A stretch of 63,297 nucleotides of DNA, the filler included, from Octopus bimaculoides (lineage: Eukaryota): NCBI RefSeq assembly GCF_001194135.2. It is 4 parts of 4 records of this genome, joined end to end, with 100 filler letters (N's around TTAATTAATTAA, not from the genome) between each part and the next. Parts side by side here need not be neighbours in the genome. Positions count along the whole stretch, not along the records: positions 58,290 to 63,297 come from NC_068993.1; 3 more parts are not named here. One strand, given 5' to 3'. The notes under the pieces were generated by a model, which saw nothing but the letters and a program-made list of their open reading frames with translations, had not been told where the DNA came from and ran no database searches. Numbering within the stretch: the first letter of the stretch is position 1; every line of letters starts with the position of its first letter. Both the position numbers and the translations under genes were made by a program. Shown here piece after piece: positions 63,201 to 63,297 of this stretch.

Positions 63201-63297
63201 ATAAAACTTACTTGGAAAAGGATGCGTGGCGTTCGATCATATAATAATATAAATAATATATAAATATATGTATATATCCATACATATATGTACATAC

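Overview
This is AT-rich, microsatellite-dense animal DNA with many N gaps. It is most consistent with a cephalopod (Octopus-like) draft assembly, inferred from tandem [17 protein letters not shown]2H2 arrays, TTAGGG repeats and the SINE landscape. Three identical 100-nt spacers (44 N + TTAATTAATTAA + 44 N) show that four separate scaffolds were joined, so long-range adjacency is unproven. Genes: an intact 9-finger C2H2 gene (7.3-8.2 kb, minus); a paralogous 11-finger C2H2 gene disabled by a frameshift and a nonsense codon (18.7-20.0 kb, minus); and between them an intronless ~780-aa all-beta, propeller-like ORF of unknown function (14.2-16.5 kb, plus). A CpG-rich first exon at 26.8 kb may splice to an exon at 29.8 kb to give a 31-aa peptide. 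The rest is a layered transposon graveyard: a Gypsy pol relic with nested insertions, a solo LTR, hAT, mariner/Tc1, piggyBac and Merlin-like MITEs (one filled with telomeric repeats), R4/Dong, RTE, CR1 and Penelope fragments, three tRNA-derived SINE families, and three minimal hammerhead-ribozyme-like motifs. There is no evidence of CRISPR, rRNA or intact tRNA genes.
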